Shown here in pieces: positions 10,086 to 13,477 of a stretch of 13,477 nt of DNA (position 1 is the stretch's first letter; every line of letters begins with the position of its first letter). Position numbers and translations under genes: made by a program. The notes under the pieces are model-generated. The model had not been told where the DNA came from. It saw nothing but the letters and a program-made list of their open reading frames with translations, and ran no database searches. This DNA is from Octopus sinensis (Eukaryota). The stretch lies in NCBI RefSeq assembly GCF_006345805.1, contig NW_021826184.1:1-13477 (forward strand). Direction: 5' to 3'.

Positions 10086-10538
10086 TACAATAAATTTCTG
10101 AGCTAGCAAATGCTAGCAATAAGCTGCCAAAAATGTGTTTAATATGTGAATCGTTCTATCCAGTAGTGTTACACCGTTGAACCTTAGTATGTAGTTAAGC
10201 AATGCGTACGTCAATAGCTGATGGATTGGATGTGGTACTGATGAGAGAGCAACAAATCTTGAAATATGCATCTACACCATTATCTATTTTTTTCAATCTT
10301 TGATCGCATCGCTCATATTTTCGTTTTTGTATACGAAACATCGATACTTTTAATGCTTGCTCTGAATTCTACGGAAAATCTTTAGGAATAAACTTAATGA
10401 TATATCGCTATAAATATATACACTTTTAAAAATACTTACGGTGTTGTTGTTAATAAAGACTTATCAATCACTCACTTCGTCCTTCAATAAAAAAAAAACA
10501 AAAACATTTAGATCGACTGTAGCTAGGTTTTTACTTAC

Positions 10539-10687
10539 GTCCCCAGGCAGTATTCAGCCATATTCCAAGTGCAAATAAAGTGGCCGAACGCCGAATGATT
10601 TTTAACGCTATCCGCCATTTTGAAACCTTTCTGCGGAGAAGACCACGAAATGAAAAATTCATTGCAGTTCCCATAATGAAGATAAAC
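10539..10687 (-). CDS. HGSNAT: HGSNAT internal coding exon (approx. equivalent of human exon 10), 149 nt
   Basis: Missed by the ORF track. Acceptor ttttccAG|G, donor C|GTaagt. Translates (W)FIFIMGTAMNFSFRGLLRRKVSKWRIALKIIRRSATLFALGIWLNTAWG(P), which resembles HGSNAT WFVFIMGSS...KIAWRS. Phase 2 in, phase 1 out, and in frame with the next exon. Confidence 0.92.
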
Positions 10688-10738
10688 CTGGAAAAGATTC
10701 AAAGAAGCCTTTTTATTTCAATGACTAAGAAACATTTT

Positions 10739-10782
<44 letters not shown>

Positions 10783-10788
10783 GACATG

Positions 10789-10825
<37 letters not shown>

Positions 10826-10859
10826 ATATATAGTTAACGCCATAAGAATTTTTAGACTA

Positions 10860-10915
10860 TACCATCGACTCCTGCGGGATGAAAAGCAGAGTTGACATTG
10901 GCGGAATTTGAACGA
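10860..10915 (-). mobile_element. Short SINE head/middle fragment with B-box
   Basis: Minus strand gttcaaattccgccaatgtcaactctgcttttcatccc...gtcgat contains GTTCAAATTCC. Confidence 0.45.
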
Positions 10916-10998
10916 CCAGCAGGAACAATTTAATCAAACAAATCGACTCCAATATGCTCCTCCTCCTCTCTCTCTCTTTCCCTCTCTCTCTCTCACTC

Positions 10999-11033
<35 letters not shown>

Positions 11034-11609
11034 TTTATTAATATATAAAATTTGTACTCCGCTTCAAACAATCTATATATATATACACACACACACAAAT
11101 TATATATATATATATATATCTGTATGTGTGTATATATACTTTGATACTTTGATAGGTTTCGGCCATTATTGGCCCAGGCCATGTCTAACTTAATAGCACC
11201 ACCTGGTGAAATATATATATATATTTAAAATAATAAGGGTGAAAAATTGAATATTAATTCGATTAATATCAATTTAAAACCAGTGGTCTAGCATATAGAA
11301 AAATCTGAAGATTCAAAAAAATTATATTACATCTATATAAGGGGGATGACCACTAAGTGGACATCTCTTATGCTAGAAGTCGACCCTATGGTCTTACCAC
11401 TAAGAAGGGGATGATAAATTCACCGCAGAGAATTATTTTCTGCAGAATTATTTCTGGTATTTTGGCGCGCTAAAATGAAGACTTTTGAAACATAACTCAA
11501 AATGTAATTGGTAGAACAATATACATGTTCAATCCCATGCGGATGTCTCGTGTATACTTCTGCAAATTATATTTTGCTATGACGATCACACTGACGAGTT
11601 GCGGACAAC

Positions 11610-11755
11610 TACGTCGACAAACAGGAACGTGAAACTCTGAGTAACAGATTTTGTGATATTTCTGCTGCTTTTAAAGAAAGCATATTACTCTACCTCTGGT
11701 ATTTGAGTACTCTTTTTTCCACCTTGTTTCACATTTATGTGCTTACTACACTCCG
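11610..11755 (-). mobile_element. Diverged inverted copy of the 2005-2150 element, with a decayed hammerhead-like motif on the plus strand
   Basis: ctggtatttgagtactcttttttccaccttgtttcacatttatgtg is the exact reverse complement of part of 2017-2062. The motif reads TCGACAA ACAGGAACGT GAAACTC-T-GAGTA ACAG. Abuts (TA)n at the same end as copy 1. Confidence 0.8.
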
Positions 11756-11759
11756 TACA

Positions 11760-11813
<54 letters not shown>

Positions 11814-11825
11814 TAATATATATAT

Positions 11826-11871
<46 letters not shown>

Positions 11872-11872
11872 G

Positions 11873-11908
<36 letters not shown>

Positions 11909-11999
11909 TAGGCTTATTTATATATAGAGTATTATATTTTATTATATATATATATAATATAGATATATTATAATATATATATATATATATATTATATAT

Positions 12000-12072
<73 letters not shown>

Positions 12073-12076
12073 TATA

Positions 12077-12122
<46 letters not shown>

Positions 12123-12130
12123 ATATATAT
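11760..12130. repeat. (TA)n/(GATA)n compound microsatellite
   Basis: Visible runs. Confidence 0.95.
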
Positions 12131-12134
12131 AAAT

Positions 12135-12392
12135 GGAGGCGCAATGGCCCAGTGGTTAGGGCAGCGGACTCGCGTTCGTAGGAACGCGTTTTCGTAGGAT
12201 CGGGCGTTGTGAGTGGTTATTGAGCGAAAACACCTAAAAACCTCCACGAGGCTCCGGCAGTGGGTGGTGATCCCTGCTGTACTCTTTCACCACTCTTTCT
12301 TCTGTTGGCCTGCTCGATGTGGTTGGTGGCGAACGCATTGTGACCAGCGATGTGCAACAACATCTGATGGTCTGGTCGGTCACGGTCACGTG
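12135..12392 (+). mobile_element. tRNA-derived SINE of a third family
   Basis: tRNA-like start ggaggcgcaaTGGCCCAGTGGttagggcagcggactc (A-box at 12145-12155). The body ends ...ggtcggtcacggtcacgtg before a (TA) tract. Confidence 0.7.
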
Positions 12393-12454
12393 TGATATAT
12401 ATATACATACATATATGTATATAGATATGTGTGTGAATACACACACACATACAC

Positions 12455-12643
12455 GTATATGATTCCACAGGGTACTCATCAACAAATTTCTCTCACAATG
12501 TACTTTTGTCGCCCCAGGGTGGGGAGACGACAGTAAAAGACACTTGCCCAAGGTGCTGTGCAGCCGGACTGAACCCTAGAAACGTCGTGGTCGCCAAAAC
12601 GTGCTTTTTAGCCACCCAAGCCAACCAGTCAGCCATACCTGCG
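12455..12643 (-). mobile_element. Old, diverged 5' half of the OR-type SINE
   Basis: Minus strand cgcaggtatggctg...gggttcagtccggctgcacagcaccttgggcaagtgtctt aligns to the heads at 4512 and 9697. Confidence 0.7.
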
Positions 12644-12904
12644 GCTTTATTATTGATATTTCTCTCATGTTTCCTATGAATGTTTACAAATGCATCTGGT
12701 GCAGTTTTGTTTGCAGTTTGCTGCTGCACCGGATTGATGTAATTTGTTGCATTTGTTTGGTAAAGAATGCAGTTTGTTGATGTTATGTACACACGTCGCT
12801 GCAACTTGTAGTTTGCTATTTATCTCAAGGCAAATGGTTTTTATGTGAAGCAGAAAAATACAGCCATGATTTCTGCCGTAATTTCTTTTCTTTTTTTTTT
12901 TTGC

Positions 12905-13227
12905 TCTTGTTGTTGTTGTTTGCTGTCGTTTTTTCTCGTTGTTTTTTTGCTTTTGTTGTTGTTGTTGTTGTTGTTGTTGTCGTCGTCGTAGTTGGTGTTG
13001 TTTTTTGCTTTTGTTGTTGTTGTTGTTAGTGGCAGTGGCATTGTTGGTATTGGCGACTGCAGTAGTAGTAGTGGTGGTGGTGGTGGTGGTGGTTGTGGTG
13101 GTAGTAGTAGTAGTAGTAGTGGTGGTTGTGGTAGTAGTAGTAGTAGTAGTAAAAGTAGTAGTAGTAGTAATGGTGGTGGTGGTAGTAGTAGTGGTGGTGG
13201 TGGTGGTAGCAGTGGTGGTGGTTGTAC

Positions 13228-13258
<31 letters not shown>

Positions 13259-13262
13259 TGTG

Positions 13263-13314
<52 letters not shown>

Positions 13315-13477
13315 GAGAAGGAGGAGGAGTTTTTACTGTTGATGCTGCTGTTATTAGTGCTACTGCTGTGGTGATTGTTGTCATTGTTCTTGTGGATAGT
13401 GGTGGTGGTGGTGGTGGTGGTGGAGTTGATAGTGGTGTTGTTGATGTTATAATTGATGTAATTTTTTTGTTATTGTT
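12905..13477. repeat. (TTG)n/(TAG)n/(TGG)n compound trinucleotide tract
   Basis: Visible runs; source of the 236-aa poly-T ORF. Confidence 0.92.

Noticed and set aside
11393-11460. TG|GTAAG donor on the minus strand, a candidate for the short upstream GLTVADLVFPW exon
   Set aside because: The required frame has a TAG stop and no similarity to the motif. That exon probably lies beyond the window.
11591-11660. Canonical CTGACGA followed by GTTG-CGGA-CAAC stem, an alternative intact hammerhead
   Set aside because: The stem is followed by TACG rather than GAAA. The potential stem I partner (atcaca/tgtgat) is 8 nt out of register with the cleavage site.
12493-12804. 103-aa minus-strand ORF of ordinary composition
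   Set aside because: It runs through a decayed SINE head and shows no HGSNAT or other recognisable similarity.

Overview
AT-rich, microsatellite-saturated eukaryotic genomic DNA. The SINE types and repeat landscape look like an octopod cephalopod (Octopus-like); this is inferred, not verified. The window lies inside one minus-strand gene, HGSNAT (heparan-alpha-glucosaminide N-acetyltransferase). Five internal GT-AG exons (10539-10687, 8716-8828, 7234-7355, 4720-4846, 884-970) splice into one open frame of about 199 codons; both gene ends lie outside the window. The introns hold several tRNA-derived SINEs, a 305-bp non-autonomous Helitron, a 5'-truncated L1/Tx1-like LINE 3' end and composite microsatellite cassettes. 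The most unusual feature is a near-perfect 158-bp fold-back (2081-2238). Each arm folds into a minimal type I hammerhead-ribozyme-like motif with a variant core (CCGACGA), one per strand, and each motif is preceded by its own antisense copy. A decayed copy of the same element lies at 11.6 kb, and a relic hammerhead of a different family at 6.0 kb, suggesting Penelope-like or retrozyme-like elements. Several inverted repeat pairs could give the pre-mRNA nested dsRNA structure. Most ORFs in the supplied track are microsatellite artefacts.
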